Of a stretch of 64,000 nt of DNA, positions 51,702 to 62,348 are shown in pieces. Below the pieces are notes generated by a model that did not search any database, was not told the origin of the DNA, and worked only from the letters and a program-made list of their open reading frames with translations. How positions within the stretch are numbered: the stretch's first letter is position 1; every line of letters begins with the position of its first letter. Both the position numbers and the translations under genes were made by a program. The stretch is from Longimicrobiales bacterium (lineage in GTDB: Bacteria; Gemmatimonadota; Gemmatimonadetes; Longimicrobiales; Gaopeijiaceae): NCBI GenBank assembly GCA_965238005.1, contig OZ250165.1, forward strand, positions 1,056,001-1,120,000, in the 5' to 3' direction.

Positions 51702-51870
51702 TCACGCGGTGATCAGCGACCTCTCACGACTCGCGCGACGTAGGACGGCCTGGACCCGGTTGACCGCCAACGGCGGATCGATGGGCTTCTTGATGTAGTC
51801 GTCGGCGCCGGCGGCCAGGAGGAGGATCTGATCGTCCGGGTCCTCGGAGGCGGTCATGACCTGGAACCGA
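51702..51870 (-). pseudogene. Response-regulator receiver C-terminal fragment
   Basis: VMTA...LAAGADDYIKKPID..RVQAVLRR; no recognisable phospho-Asp region upstream. Confidence 0.6.
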
Positions 51871-52134
51871 ACCCGGCCGCCCGACTCCATGGGCCCGATC
51901 GTGACAAGCTCGGCCTCGGCCTTCACCGCCTCGAGAAGGACGAGGCTGGTCAGCTCGACCATGGCCCATGCCTTGACTCCCAGGTCCTGCTTCTGGGCCA
52001 GCTCTGGCTCGTCCGTCGATCCAATCCTTGGAGGGCCAGCCCACTCCATGGCTGGGGAGGACTCGACGGAAACGGAAGGAGGCGGTGGACGGCGATGTGA
52101 CCCGACCCTAGTCTACCGAAGCTCGTCCGGGTCC

Positions 52135-53082
52135 ATGGACCGCCGTACAACCCGTTCCCACGACCACTCCACTCCGTTCTCCGTGACGTTCGGCATTCAT
52201 AGCACAGAGTCCCTCCTCGAGGGTCTGAGGAGAGAAGTCCACGAACAGATCCAGCGGGCCTTGGACGATCTGTCGCAGACGACCGACCTCGGTCGGGCGG
52301 CGCACGGGGCTCGGCGGATCGTCAAGCGCGCCCGTGCGCTCCTCAAGCTTGCGCGGCCCTCGCTCGCCCCTGACGCCTATCTCCGCGGCAACCTCACGAT
52401 GAGAGATGCGGGGAGGTGCGTGGCTCCCATTCGCGACGGCGACGTGCTCGTCGAGACGGCTCGATCGGTAAGCGGACAAGGGCAGGAGGCCGAGCTCGAC
52501 TCGGCTTGGGCGCGACTTCTCGAAGAGCTCCAGGAGGAGCGTGATTTGCTTTTCGCCACGGCCCCTGGGGAGGACGGGCCCCTGGCGCGGGCGCGGGACC
52601 TGCTCCGATCGGTCGCCATCGACTGGCCGGAGGCAGGCGAGCTCGACGATCGGGAGCTGCTGCGCACGGGCCTGGCCACGTCCTACGAATCGGTCCGAGC
52701 TCACGCCGAGCGGGCCTTCGGTGAGGGCGCGAGCGCCAGCGCCCATCACGAGCTGCGAAAGAAAGCGAAGGACCTGCGGCACCAGCTCGAGTTCCTGAGC
52801 CCCGGCTCGCCCGAGACGCTGGTCCCCATGGCCGAGGGCTTCCACCGCCTCACCGATATGCTGGGAGATGCCAACGACATGGCGGTGTTGGCGACGTACG
52901 CCAGCTCGGCGCGATCCGTCACCCGTAGACAACGCTCCGCCCTCCTCCTCCGTCCGGAGGAGCGTCGGCAGGACATTTGGGAGGAAGCGGGACCGTTGGG
53001 GGCGGGTCTCCTCGCGGAGGAGGCCGGTGACTTCGTGGGGCGGGTGGAGGAGTGCTGGCCGGAATCTCGGCCTCAGGGGTAG
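52135..53082 (+). CDS. CHAD domain (polyphosphate-binding) protein
   Basis: HGARRIVKRARA, RDGDV, HELRKKAKDLRHQ, LGDAND. Confidence 0.85.
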   Translation: MDRRTTRSHDHSTPFSVTFGIHSTESLLEGLRREVHEQIQRALDDLSQTTDLGRAAHGARRIVKRARALLKLARPSLAPDAYLRGNLTMRDAGRCVAPIRDGDVLVETARSVSGQGQEAELDSAWARLLEELQEERDLLFATAPGEDGPLARARDLLRSVAIDWPEAGELDDRELLRTGLATSYESVRAHAERAFGEGASASAHHELRKKAKDLRHQLEFLSPGSPETLVPMAEGFHRLTDMLGDANDMAVLATYASSARSVTRRQRSALLLRPEERRQDIWEEAGPLGAGLLAEEAGDFVGRVEECWPESRPQG

Positions 53083-53726
53083 AGGCGCTTCGTGTCCCAT
53101 CTCCCGTCCACTCTCTCGAAGACGAGCCGGGCGTGGAGGCGATTGAGTCGTCCCTGCCAGAACTCGATGCGCTCGGGCACGACCCGGTACCCTCCCCAGA
53201 ACTCCGGGAGCGGGACGTCCTGGTCCTCGAAGCGCTCCTCGATCTCCGATACCCGCTGCTCCAGCTCGGACGGGTCGTCCAGGGTGTCACTTTGCCGGGA
53301 CGCCCACGCCCCGATCTGGCTACCCCGGCTCCGGGTCCGGAAGTAGGCCTTGGACTCCTCTTGGCCGATCCGCTCCACCCTACCCTCCACCCTCACCTGT
53401 CGTTGGAGGACGGCCCAGTACAGCATGAGGGAGGCCCGGGGATTCGCGTCCAACTCCCGCGCCTTGCGGCTTCCGTAGTTGGTGTAGAAAACGAAACCCT
53501 CGGCGCTGAACGCTTTCAGCAGAACCATCCGCGAGGAGGGTACTCCCTCCGGAGTGGCCGTGGCCAAACAGGCCGACTCGGAAAGCATGATCCCGGACTC
53601 CCTCGCCTCTTCAAACCATTCGCCGAACAACTCGATGGGGTCTCGGTCGGCCGTCGACTCCGGAAGGCCCCGGGTGACGCCTTTCCCCAGGGTTATGACG
53701 GACTTCAGCGTGGACTTGATGGACAT
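53073..53726 (-). CDS. pdxH: Pyridoxamine 5'-phosphate oxidase
   Basis: RMVLLK, FYTNYGSRK, RQVRVEG, SQIGAWASRQS, EFWQGRLNRLH. Confidence 0.95.
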   Translation of the reverse strand: MSIKSTLKSVITLGKGVTRGLPESTADRDPIELFGEWFEEARESGIMLSESACLATATPEGVPSSRMVLLKAFSAEGFVFYTNYGSRKARELDANPRASLMLYWAVLQRQVRVEGRVERIGQEESKAYFRTRSRGSQIGAWASRQSDTLDDPSELEQRVSEIEERFEDQDVPLPEFWGGYRVVPERIEFWQGRLNRLHARLVFERVDGRWDTKRLYP

Positions 53727-53785
53727 GGAACCAACGCTAGCGGGGAGGGCGATGGTACGGTAGTGGGGCTTGGAACTGCGGTTCC

Positions 53786-54376
53786 CTAGAGGCCAAGCAG
53801 GGCCTCGCCCAACGTCAGCGCTTGGGCGATCGCCTCTGAACCCTTCACCTCCGCGAACGGGATGGGTTGAGGCGGAGGGCTTTCGGGCTTCCGGAGGCCG
53901 AGCTGCCACCACCCCACGTCGTGCCATCCGTCCAGCTTGTAGCCCACTTGCTCGTAGACGCCGACCCTCTCGAATCCCAGGGACTCGTGCAGGGCTACGC
54001 TCGCCTGGCTGGGAAGGGCGACCCCAGCGAACGCGTTCACGAAGCCCTGGATGCGGAGGATCTCGAAGAGGGAGGTGTAGAGTCCTGTCGCGACTCCCCG
54101 GCGTCGAGCGTCGGCGTGGACGTAGGCCGAGACTTCCACGGACCACTGATACGCCAGCCGCTCTCTGAAGGCGGTGGCGTAGGCGTATCCGGAGACGCGT
54201 CCGTCCCGGTCGCAAACCAGCCAGGGGTAGCGGTCGAGCGTCTTCCGGATTCTACCGGCCATCTCCGCCGGCGAGGGTGGGGCCTCCTCGAAGGAGATCG
54301 GAGTGTCCACGACCACGGGCGTGTAGATCTCGAGGATCTGGCTGGCATCCGTCTCGGCGGCGAATCGAATCCTCAC
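53786..54376 (-). CDS. GNAT N-acetyltransferase (phosphinothricin/arsinothricin acetyltransferase-like)
   Basis: ISFEE.PP, GYAYA...R.AY.WSVE, LHESLGF, VGYKLDGWHDV. Confidence 0.88.
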   Translation of the reverse strand: MRIRFAAETDASQILEIYTPVVVDTPISFEEAPPSPAEMAGRIRKTLDRYPWLVCDRDGRVSGYAYATAFRERLAYQWSVEVSAYVHADARRRGVATGLYTSLFEILRIQGFVNAFAGVALPSQASVALHESLGFERVGVYEQVGYKLDGWHDVGWWQLGLRKPESPPPQPIPFAEVKGSEAIAQALTLGEALLGL

Positions 54377-54387
54377 GGTGTGGCGGG

Positions 54388-55440
54388 CTACGGCTCGTAG
54401 ACCTCCGCCTCCGGGAACGTAAGGGCGAACCCGTACCAGCGAGTGAACACCTGCATGGGCCGCTCCGCCTCCAGCTTGGTGCCGTCCGGAGCGAAGAGCG
54501 CGCCGGCGCGGACGTAGCGTCCATCGCTCAGTCTGAGCAGGACGCCGTCCCAGGTCGCCGTCTCGGCGTCCGTGTAGAGGGACAGGACAGAGTTGGCGGT
54601 CGGCTCGATGTGGACCAGCAGGCGCCGACCGTCCAGCTCGTCGAAGACGAATCGTCCAAGCTCTTCGACCACGGCCATGGGGAAGTACTTCTGGGCACCC
54701 TCCGTCCAGGCCCCGAGGCCGATGTCCATGCTGGGCCTCCGAGGATCTTCGCCGCGCATAGTGGCTCTGAGCCGGTCGGACAGACCTCGAAAGCGCTCGG
54801 TCAGGGGCGCCCAGCGACTCCTGCGCCGAATCGGCCGGTTGGAGAGGGCCACCTCCAGATCGGGGTGGGCCTCCAAAGCTTGGTCCACCGTCCCCTGCAA
54901 GAGGTTGAAGATTGGAATCTGCTGTCCCATCAACGGCCCCTGAAGGGCCAGCCCCGACACGTGGTGCCAGTAGGTTCCACTCTCCCGGTCCCACAGGACG
55001 GAGCCACCGTTGAAGAGGCCGCGATATTCGAAGTGGTGCACCCGACCATCGATCGTGGGCGTCATACTGACCCCTGAGTTACAGGCGGGTCAGAACGAGA
55101 CCATCCACGGCTCGCCGTCGATCTCTCCCTGGGCCGTGTGGTGGTAGGCCATCTGGTCCGTGACCAAAGCCAGACGGCCTTTCGAGTGCTCCATGATGAG
55201 CACGCGCGTCTGCACCTGCAGTAGCCCTTCGTCCAACGCCTCCCGGAGTGGCCGCGTGTCCGTGACATCGAAGCGCACGTAGACGGTGGAGTCGAGAAGC
55301 ATCGCCCGATCGACCTCGAACTCGGCGCTTCCGGCCTCTACGATCTGCTGTGCCGCAAAGGGCAGGGGAACGAGCAGTGGGAACGCCAGAGAGGCTGCGG
55401 TGCAGATCGCCGCGGCATAGCACCAACGTTGGACCTTCAT
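54388..55440 (-). CDS. DUF3179-family selenoprotein (in-frame UGA at 55090-55092, UxxC)
   Basis: Two ORFs in the same frame joined by TTC-TGA-CCC-GCC-TGT-AAC-TCA-GGG = F-U-P-A-C-N-S-G; GLFNG..LWDRESGTYW..G.AL.GP; WYGF..FP. Confidence 0.85.
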
Positions 55441-55603
55441 GGCGTTTCCGCCTGTTCGTCGGGAGCGGACAGGACTGCGCTCGGCTCCGTGTGAGCCTGA
55501 TCCACGTTAGCACCGGAGCGACGAGTTGGGAAACCCGGAAGCACCGGCACTCGCACGCGGGTCTGCCAACTCGGGAGGGCCCCCTCGAGTCGACCGGCGC
55601 CCC

Positions 55604-56561
55604 ACAGAGTGGCACCGGTTCCACGTCGTGGATCCGTGCCAAGTCCACCTTCAGCACGCCGTCGTTTGCGTCGCGGTCGAACATGTCGCCGAAGCGGGCG
55701 CCGAACCTCACTTGGTGAACACGATAGGAGGAACGGGCGTGCACGGTCTGGGAGAACGTCTCGCCGAAGCCCGTCAGGAGAACGAGAAACTCGGCCTCGC
55801 ACTGCTCCAGATCCTCGGCCGTCTGTCCCCAGAGCGGGCTGGACTCGCCGATGGGGTGGACGATGGTCCAGGCCAGGGGGAAGATCGCCACCTTCTGCCG
55901 TTCCAGGGGGAGCTCCTGGTAGGTTCGGCTGCGGCCGTCGGGTGTTCGCTTCGAGAGGATGACCCTCGCGGACAGCTCGATGATCTGGTTCTTGCGGCTG
56001 TTCACGATCCTGAACTCGAAGGCGGCACCCCTCGTGATAGGGAGCGATGAGCGCGTTGCGACTGAAGATGATGCGGGCGTTGGGCCGGGCGAAGCGGGCG
56101 AACATGATGCCTGCCGCCAGCCCGAAGGTGAGGAGGCCGGCCAGAGACTCCAGCGTCGCCACTACGTCCGCCGGCCAGACAGCGGGTGTGACGTTGCCGT
56201 ATCCGATGGTGGCAAGGGTGTAGACGCTGAAAAAGAACGCCTCGCCGAAGGAGCCCAGCGCCGACGTGGCCTCGACGCCGTCCAGCGCTCCCGGGCCCAG
56301 GGCGACGTAGATCGCCGCGAACAGGGCGTTCACCAGGATGTACCAGACGCATGCCAGGCCCAGGAATCGGGGCCAGGAGATCTCCAGGAGGAAATGGTAA
56401 ACGGAGAGGGACTCAAGGAACCCGAGCCCTGTGCGCCGGACGTTGAAGGTCCCGTCGCGGTTGAGGAGCCTACGGCGACTTTGCGACGAGACGACGTTTC
56501 CGAAGCCGAGGTCGAGATCGATCTCCGAATTCCGACGGTTAGGCGGCGGTGTCTCAGCCAT
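55604..56561 (-). pseudogene. KirBac inward-rectifier K+ channel; extra base in a G-run near 56030; natural stop apparently lost (end approximate)
   Basis: FFFSVYTLATIGYG filter, FARFARP, FRIVN, WTIVHPI..SSPL, HARSSY, FGARFGD. Confidence 0.85.
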
Positions 56562-56588
56562 GATCTGACCTCGGTGGCGCTACACGGA

Positions 56589-57602
56589 TCAGGTCCGTGC
56601 CAGGCGTCGTGCCTCTCTGAAGCTGACCAGCGTCCGGGTGTCCTCGTGCCAGAGTGAGAGACGAAGGGTCTTGATCCCGTCCCAGATCGTGATCCTGGTC
56701 ACGTTCTGGAGCTCTGGGACGGCGTCCATGCATTCCTGGAGCTTGTAGTTGGGGATCCGCGCGCTGATGTGGTGAACATGATGGATCCCGATGCTGGCCG
56801 TGACCCACTGAAGCAGCTTTGGAAGCGCCAGGTGGGAGCTTCCCTCGAGTCCCGCTTCGAAGTACGACCACTGCTCGTGCTCGTGCCAGTACGTATCCTC
56901 GTATTGATGTTGTACGTAGAAGAGCCACACCCCGGCGGTGACCGTGAACAGCAGAACCGGGAGATGGACCAGGACGAAGGCCTTCAGCCCGATGGTGAGC
57001 CACATGAAGGTGACGATGCCGGCGAGCGCGGCATTTGTCTGCCAGACGCTGGCCCATGCGCGCCTCCAACGCCTGGGGATGTCCCATGGGTAGCGATGCT
57101 TGACCACGAAGAGGTAGAGCCCGCCGAGCCCCAGGAGGACCACCGGATGCCGGTAGGCCCTGTATCGAAGCCGTCCGAGAAGCGACTTGTCGTAGTACTC
57201 ATTCACGGTGAGCGTGTCGATGTCTCCGAAGCCCCTGAAGTCCAGGTCACCGGAGTGAGCGTGGTGGTAGGCGTGGGTCTTCCGCCAATAGCGGTAGGGT
57301 GTGAGCGTCAGGACTCCGATCCAGAACCCCACCGTGTCCGCCACCTTCTGGGACTTGAAGTACGATCCGTGCCCACAGTCGTGCTGGATGAGGAAGAGCC
57401 GCGTGAGGAACGCTGCCGCCAGCACTGCCAGCGCCAAGGTGAGCCAGTAACTCACCGACAGGGCGCGATACGCGGCGTACCAGCAGAGCAAATACGGTGG
57501 GGCCGAAGTGAGGAGTTGGGTGACGCTACCGCGCAAGTCCGGGCCGTGGTACGGCCCGAGAAGTCGGCGCCAGTGCTCGGCAGTCTCTTGCTCGGTCCTC
57601 AA
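56589..57602 (-). CDS. Membrane fatty acid desaturase
   Basis: His boxes HDCGH, HAYHH, HHVHH; YVQH; TTG start overlapping the upstream TGA. Confidence 0.9.
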   Translation of the reverse strand: MRTEQETAEHWRRLLGPYHGPDLRGSVTQLLTSAPPYLLCWYAAYRALSVSYWLTLALAVLAAAFLTRLFLIQHDCGHGSYFKSQKVADTVGFWIGVLTLTPYRYWRKTHAYHHAHSGDLDFRGFGDIDTLTVNEYYDKSLLGRLRYRAYRHPVVLLGLGGLYLFVVKHRYPWDIPRRWRRAWASVWQTNAALAGIVTFMWLTIGLKAFVLVHLPVLLFTVTAGVWLFYVQHQYEDTYWHEHEQWSYFEAGLEGSSHLALPKLLQWVTASIGIHHVHHISARIPNYKLQECMDAVPELQNVTRITIWDGIKTLRLSLWHEDTRTLVSFREARRLART

Positions 57603-58399
57603 CTGAAGCTGACTCCCAGGGCCGAGGGGAGGGAGGCCACGGAGTCGAGGATCAGGTCCGGCTTCGGAGAGCTCCGGGAGAGATCGTCCTCCTGGAACTT
57701 GCCGGTTCGGACCAGGACCGCCGCCGCGTCGCACGCCTGTGCGCCGGCCACGTCTGTACCGACGTCATCGCCCACGACGGCCATGTTGAAGAGGTCCACG
57801 CCCATGGAGTCCGCCGCCGCCTGGAAGAAGGCCGGGCTGGGTTTTCCCATGACCATGGCTTCCTGTCCCGAGGCGTACTCGAGCGCCGCAACGAAGGCGC
57901 CGGCGTCCAAGGCCAGCCCCTGACCGGTGTCCCAGTAGGGGTTACGCTGGAGAGCCACGAACTCGGCGGCCTCCATGATGTGACGAAACGCCCGGTTGAG
58001 GCGGCCGAAGTCCCACCCGGCGCCCAGATCGCCAACGATGACGGCCTGTGGCGACGTCTCGTCTACCGTGAAGTGGTCGAAGTCGGCGTGCGTGGCTTCG
58101 GGAACGCAGAGAGAGAGGCTCCAGAGGCCCTTTTTCTCCAACCAGGACGCTGCGGCCAGCGGGGCCGTGAGCACCTCTTCCGGATCCAGATCGACGCCCA
58201 GGCGATGCATCCGCTCGACGAGGGAGGCGCGGGACATCCGGGTGGTGTTGGTTCCGAAGCGCATGGGTAGACCACCTCGCCGCAGTGCGGCTATGGCATC
58301 CGCCGCCCCGGGGATGAGGCGGTCGCCGACGAAGATCGTTCCATCCAGGTCGAGGAGAACGCCTTGGATGTCCTCGAGCTGCTCCATGTCCTGTGCCAT
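57599..58399 (-). CDS. HAD-IIA hydrolase (TIGR01458/LHPP-like)
   Basis: DLDGT, TNTT, LDAGAFV, GKPS, VGDD..DV.GA, VRTGKF. Confidence 0.88.
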   Translation of the reverse strand: MAQDMEQLEDIQGVLLDLDGTIFVGDRLIPGAADAIAALRRGGLPMRFGTNTTRMSRASLVERMHRLGVDLDPEEVLTAPLAAASWLEKKGLWSLSLCVPEATHADFDHFTVDETSPQAVIVGDLGAGWDFGRLNRAFRHIMEAAEFVALQRNPYWDTGQGLALDAGAFVAALEYASGQEAMVMGKPSPAFFQAAADSMGVDLFNMAVVGDDVGTDVAGAQACDAAAVLVRTGKFQEDDLSRSSPKPDLILDSVASLPSALGVSFS

Positions 58400-58553
58400 C
58401 TATCGACGATCCCCCGTGTGAGTCCCCTGCGTCACGACCGCGGTCCAAAGTAGGCTGCCTGGCAAGGAGGGTCCATGGCGTACTTCCCCCGGGTCGGCTT
58501 GGTTCCTAATGTCTTCGGGACAGTAACCGATCTTCTCGTCCGGGAGGAAGGGC

Positions 58554-59003
58554 ATGTCGATCTGGCGAAGCGCCTTGTCGATTCTGGGCGCGTTCTTCGT
58601 GGTGGTGGTTCTAGTGGGGCTCGCGACCGCTCTCTCCTCGAACCTCATGCTGCGAGGTATGGGTCCCGACGTGGAGATCACGGTGGCGTACCTTGTCGTG
58701 AACCTGACCTACAGCGTGTTGATCGTGGTAATCGGGGGATACATAGCCGCCACCGTCTCGGATCACTCACCCCTGGGACACGCGGCTGGGCTGGCGGGCT
58801 TCATGATGGTCCTCGGCCTCTTTTCGTGGCTGGTGGTCAACCGGGGGGACCCGGCTCCCGGCCAGCCGTCCTGGTACCCCTTCGTCATCGGTGTCCTGGT
58901 TCCTCCAGCCGCGATCCTGGGCGGGATCCTCGTCACCCGTCGCACCCGCACCAAGACACACTTCAGTAGGCGGGCGCGGGAGGCCGCTTCCACGGACTCA
59001 TGA
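58554..59003 (+). CDS. Four-TM hypothetical membrane protein
   Basis: Hydrophobic segments, QPSWY motif. Confidence 0.7.
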   Translation: MSIWRSALSILGAFFVVVVLVGLATALSSNLMLRGMGPDVEITVAYLVVNLTYSVLIVVIGGYIAATVSDHSPLGHAAGLAGFMMVLGLFSWLVVNRGDPAPGQPSWYPFVIGVLVPPAAILGGILVTRRTRTKTHFSRRAREAASTDS

Positions 59004-59056
59004 GCCGAGCGTCGAGAAGCTTGTGGGTCGACTCAGCCTGGACCCATCTTGAGCGC

Positions 59057-59245
59057 ATGACCACCGAACGGACCCGCCAGCTCACGGCCATCATGTTCGC
59101 GGACATGGTGGGGTACACCGCCCTCATGCAGGAGAACGAGGAGCGGGCCCACGCCCAGCTTGAGCGGCAACGAGACGTGTTTGCCATCACGAACGAAGGC
59201 CTCAGCGTTCCCACCGAGCCCCAAGTGTGGGCGAGGGCGGCGTGA
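59057..59245 (+). pseudogene. Class III cyclase N-terminal fragment
   Basis: RQLTAIMFADMVGYTALMQENE; similarity ends after about 40 residues. Confidence 0.7.
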
Positions 59246-61030
59246 ATGGAAAGAGACGCTTCCGCAGTGCAGAAGTTCGTCGCGGAGCTCAAGCGACGCC
59301 GGGTCGTTCGCGTCGTTGTGATCTATGTGGCGGCGATGTTCGCGCTGCTGCAAGCGGCCGATATCATGCTCCCTGCTCTCGGGCTGCCGGGTTCCGTCAT
59401 GCGGCTCATCGTCATCACGACGCTCGTGGGGCTGCCCATCGCGATCGCGGGGTCGTGGCTCTTCGACATCACGTCCGAGGGCATTGTCCGCACAGCTGGG
59501 AGTCAAGGCGAGTCACCGGCTCCAATGCGTCTCCTGAGCGTCGGATCCTCGCTCGTGCTCGCGGGGGTCTTGGCTGCGGGCGCGCTCGGGTGGTTCCTCA
59601 CCGAAGCGACTTCCGTGGCTCCCGCGCCCATTGCGAGTGGCGGCGCGATCCGATCGATCGCCGTTCTGCCCTTCGAAAACGTGGGGAACAATCCAGAGGA
59701 TGCCTACTTCACCGTCGGGCTGTCGGACGAGTTGCGCTCTCGCCTGTCCCGCGTGCCGGAGCTCGACGTTGCCGCTCGAGCATCCTCTCTCGCCGCCATG
59801 ACGGGAGTGGCAGACCACGCAGCCGTAGCCTCCGCTTTGGGCGTACGCAGCGTGCTCGCCGGCACGGTGGCGAAGAGCGACGCCCGTGTTCGGGTCCAGA
59901 CGAGCTTGTTGTCCGCCGATGGAGGGGAGATCTGGAGCGCGGAGTACGAGCGCCTCATCAACGACGTCTTCGCGGTGCAAGACGAAGTGTCGCGCTCGAT
60001 CCTCGACGCACTCGAGCTACGATTCGCCGATGGCGAATTGCCCGTGATCGATGAAGTGCGCACTACCAACCAGATGGCGTACGACAAGTATTTATGGGGC
60101 CTGTTCACGTTGAATCGTGGTACCGAAGCCGGGATCCTGGCAGCGATCTACAACTACCAGATGTCGATTGCACTGGACTCCACATATGCGCCCGCCTGGG
60201 CAGGTGCCGCAGACGCGTACGCGCGGGCCTCTGAGATCCTTCCTGATCGGCAAGCCCGTGACGCCCTCGACGTGGGTGCGAGCACCGCCTTGGAAGCGCT
60301 GAGGGTCGACCCGGAGTCGAGCGGGGCGCACTCGGCGATGGGGCTCTTCCTGTCGAGGTCCTGCGATTGGGCCGGCGCCGACGCGGAGTTCGAGCGAGCA
60401 TCGGCGAGTGGGCCCACGTCATCACTGACCCTCCTGCGCCAGGCCCTCGCATTCGCGGGTGCCGGACAACACGAGCAGGCCGTCGCCACCGTTCGAGCCG
60501 CTGAGCGCGTGGATGGGCTGTCGTCGACCGTGAAGCTCGCCGCCGCCCGAGTATTTGCCGCTTCGGGGCGGCTGGACCAGGCGATCCGCGAGGCTCAGGA
60601 TGGGATCCGGCTGAGCCCGGACGACGAACGCATCTGGACCGAGATCGGGTTCCTGTTCCTCGCAGAGAACCGCTACGGAGATGCGGGGGACGCTCTAGCG
60701 CGCATACCGGAGGTGAGAGGGTTCGATCCGGAGCTGACGGCCACATTCGTGGCCAGTGCCGAGCGCTTCGCCACAACCGGGCAGCCCCAGGAGATCCCCG
60801 CCGGACTGAGCGCGGCGCTGGGCGAGCGATCGGTCGACCTGGGACGGTATCAGTTGGCAGTCGGTCAGTACGACTCGGCCATCGCCACACTGCAGCGGGC
60901 AATCGACCTCCGTGCTTTCGGAGTAGCGACGCTCGTCCGGCTGCCGGACGTGGATGCGATCAGGGCGGACCCCAGGTTCCAGGCGATGCTCGTTGAGATG
61001 CATATAGAGGCGCAGCAACCCAGCAACTAG
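59246..61030 (+). CDS. Membrane-anchored TolB-N-like/TPR protein
   Basis: ELKRRRVVRV + three TM; SIAVLPFEN..YFT.GL.DE; AYDKYL.G; TPR helices; DPRF. Confidence 0.85.
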   Translation: MERDASAVQKFVAELKRRRVVRVVVIYVAAMFALLQAADIMLPALGLPGSVMRLIVITTLVGLPIAIAGSWLFDITSEGIVRTAGSQGESPAPMRLLSVGSSLVLAGVLAAGALGWFLTEATSVAPAPIASGGAIRSIAVLPFENVGNNPEDAYFTVGLSDELRSRLSRVPELDVAARASSLAAMTGVADHAAVASALGVRSVLAGTVAKSDARVRVQTSLLSADGGEIWSAEYERLINDVFAVQDEVSRSILDALELRFADGELPVIDEVRTTNQMAYDKYLWGLFTLNRGTEAGILAAIYNYQMSIALDSTYAPAWAGAADAYARASEILPDRQARDALDVGASTALEALRVDPESSGAHSAMGLFLSRSCDWAGADAEFERASASGPTSSLTLLRQALAFAGAGQHEQAVATVRAAERVDGLSSTVKLAAARVFAASGRLDQAIREAQDGIRLSPDDERIWTEIGFLFLAENRYGDAGDALARIPEVRGFDPELTATFVASAERFATTGQPQEIPAGLSAALGERSVDLGRYQLAVGQYDSAIATLQRAIDLRAFGVATLVRLPDVDAIRADPRFQAMLVEMHIEAQQPSN

Positions 61031-61058
61031 CTTGTGAGCACCCGCGACTCGGAGAGTA

Positions 61059-62348
61059 CTAGGCTTCTGCTTCCACCAGGTCCTTTGGCCCCCACGCTCG
61101 CTCCTCGTCGTCCACGCCCCTGAGGATGAGGTAGGAGATTGCGATCCAGGCGAGCAGGCTCCCCATCGCGGCCGGCCGGCCGAGGCCCAAGGTCTCCGCC
61201 ACGAACGCGAACATCGCGGGGCCGATGATGGCCCCGAAGCGCCCGACCATGCTGTAGAGTCCATAGAACTCCCCCAGCCTTGTGGGCGGAGCCAGGATGA
61301 GCATGTACGGACGATCGGCCGTCCACGTCCCTCCCAGCGCGACGCCAGCGATGCAGCCAATGGGCCAGAACCACGCCATCGGCAACCCGAGGACGGGCAC
61401 GGCCACCGCTCCCGCCAGGGCCACCGCCCAGAGCGCCAGAACCACGTTGAGCGTGCGCTTCGGACCAATCCGATCCACGACCATCCCCAGGACGAGGCCA
61501 CCCACCACCGCCGAGGTGATCGCCACTAGCAACAGCACCTCCGCTCCCCTCTCGGTGAAGCCGATCTCGTTCACCGTGTAGATGCCGAGGAAGAAAATCA
61601 CCGTGTTGGCGGCGTCGGTGTAGAACACCCACTCTACCAGGAACCGTCCGAGCCCGGGATAGCGCGGCAGATGACCGATCGTGTCCTTCACCTGACGCAG
61701 CGCGCGTCCGATTGCGCCGGGGTCGAGTCGAAGGTTCCCCGGACGCTTGGACTCCCTCACGAAGAGAAAGATGGGAACGGCGAAGAACAGGAAGAGGAGC
61801 GCGGTCAGCCGGAAGACACCCACGTACCCGATCCGGTCCAGAAGCAGTAGCCCGGTGAGCACCCCGATGAACGAGCCCAAGTACCCGATGCCCACCCCGA
61901 AGCCTCCGACGATGCCCCGCGTCTGTGGCGTGCTCACGACCGAGAGCGTCGCATCGTAGAAGATCAGGCTCGCCTGGAAGAAGTAGTTCGCGATCACGAA
62001 GAAGACGAGCGTAATCATCAGGCCGCCCGTGCCCAGTGCCGCCGTGAACCCGACGCAGACGATCGTGCACACCATGAGGAACGGAAGACGACGTCCGGCC
62101 TGGTCCGAGAGGGCCCCAAGAATCGGAGCACTCAGGAAGACCATGACCATCGTAAGACTGACGGCGAAGCCCCAGGTCGCGTCTGTCCCTCCCATGACGT
62201 TGACCACCCACAGGGAGAGATAGAAGGACACGATGTTCATGGAGAAGATTGTGTTGGCCAGATCGTATAGCGCCCAGGACATGACCGGGCGGGTCAGGAC
62301 GGCCTTCCACCCCACCGGAGCCGCCGCCCCTTCGGCTGTGGTACTCAT
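61059..62348 (-). CDS. MFS transporter (UMF1/Atg22-like)
   Basis: SWALYDLANT, GALSD.AGRR, GEFYGLY; about 12 TM. Confidence 0.9.
   Translation of the reverse strand: MSTTAEGAAAPVGWKAVLTRPVMSWALYDLANTIFSMNIVSFYLSLWVVNVMGGTDATWGFAVSLTMVMVFLSAPILGALSDQAGRRLPFLMVCTIVCVGFTAALGTGGLMITLVFFVIANYFFQASLIFYDATLSVVSTPQTRGIVGGFGVGIGYLGSFIGVLTGLLLLDRIGYVGVFRLTALLFLFFAVPIFLFVRESKRPGNLRLDPGAIGRALRQVKDTIGHLPRYPGLGRFLVEWVFYTDAANTVIFFLGIYTVNEIGFTERGAEVLLLVAITSAVVGGLVLGMVVDRIGPKRTLNVVLALWAVALAGAVAVPVLGLPMAWFWPIGCIAGVALGGTWTADRPYMLILAPPTRLGEFYGLYSMVGRFGAIIGPAMFAFVAETLGLGRPAAMGSLLAWIAISYLILRGVDDEERAWGPKDLVEAEA

Noticed and set aside
53073..54994. Long 380-aa and 402-aa ORF versions of pdxH and the GNAT gene
   Set aside because: The extensions overlap upstream genes in other frames; true starts are at 53726 and 54376
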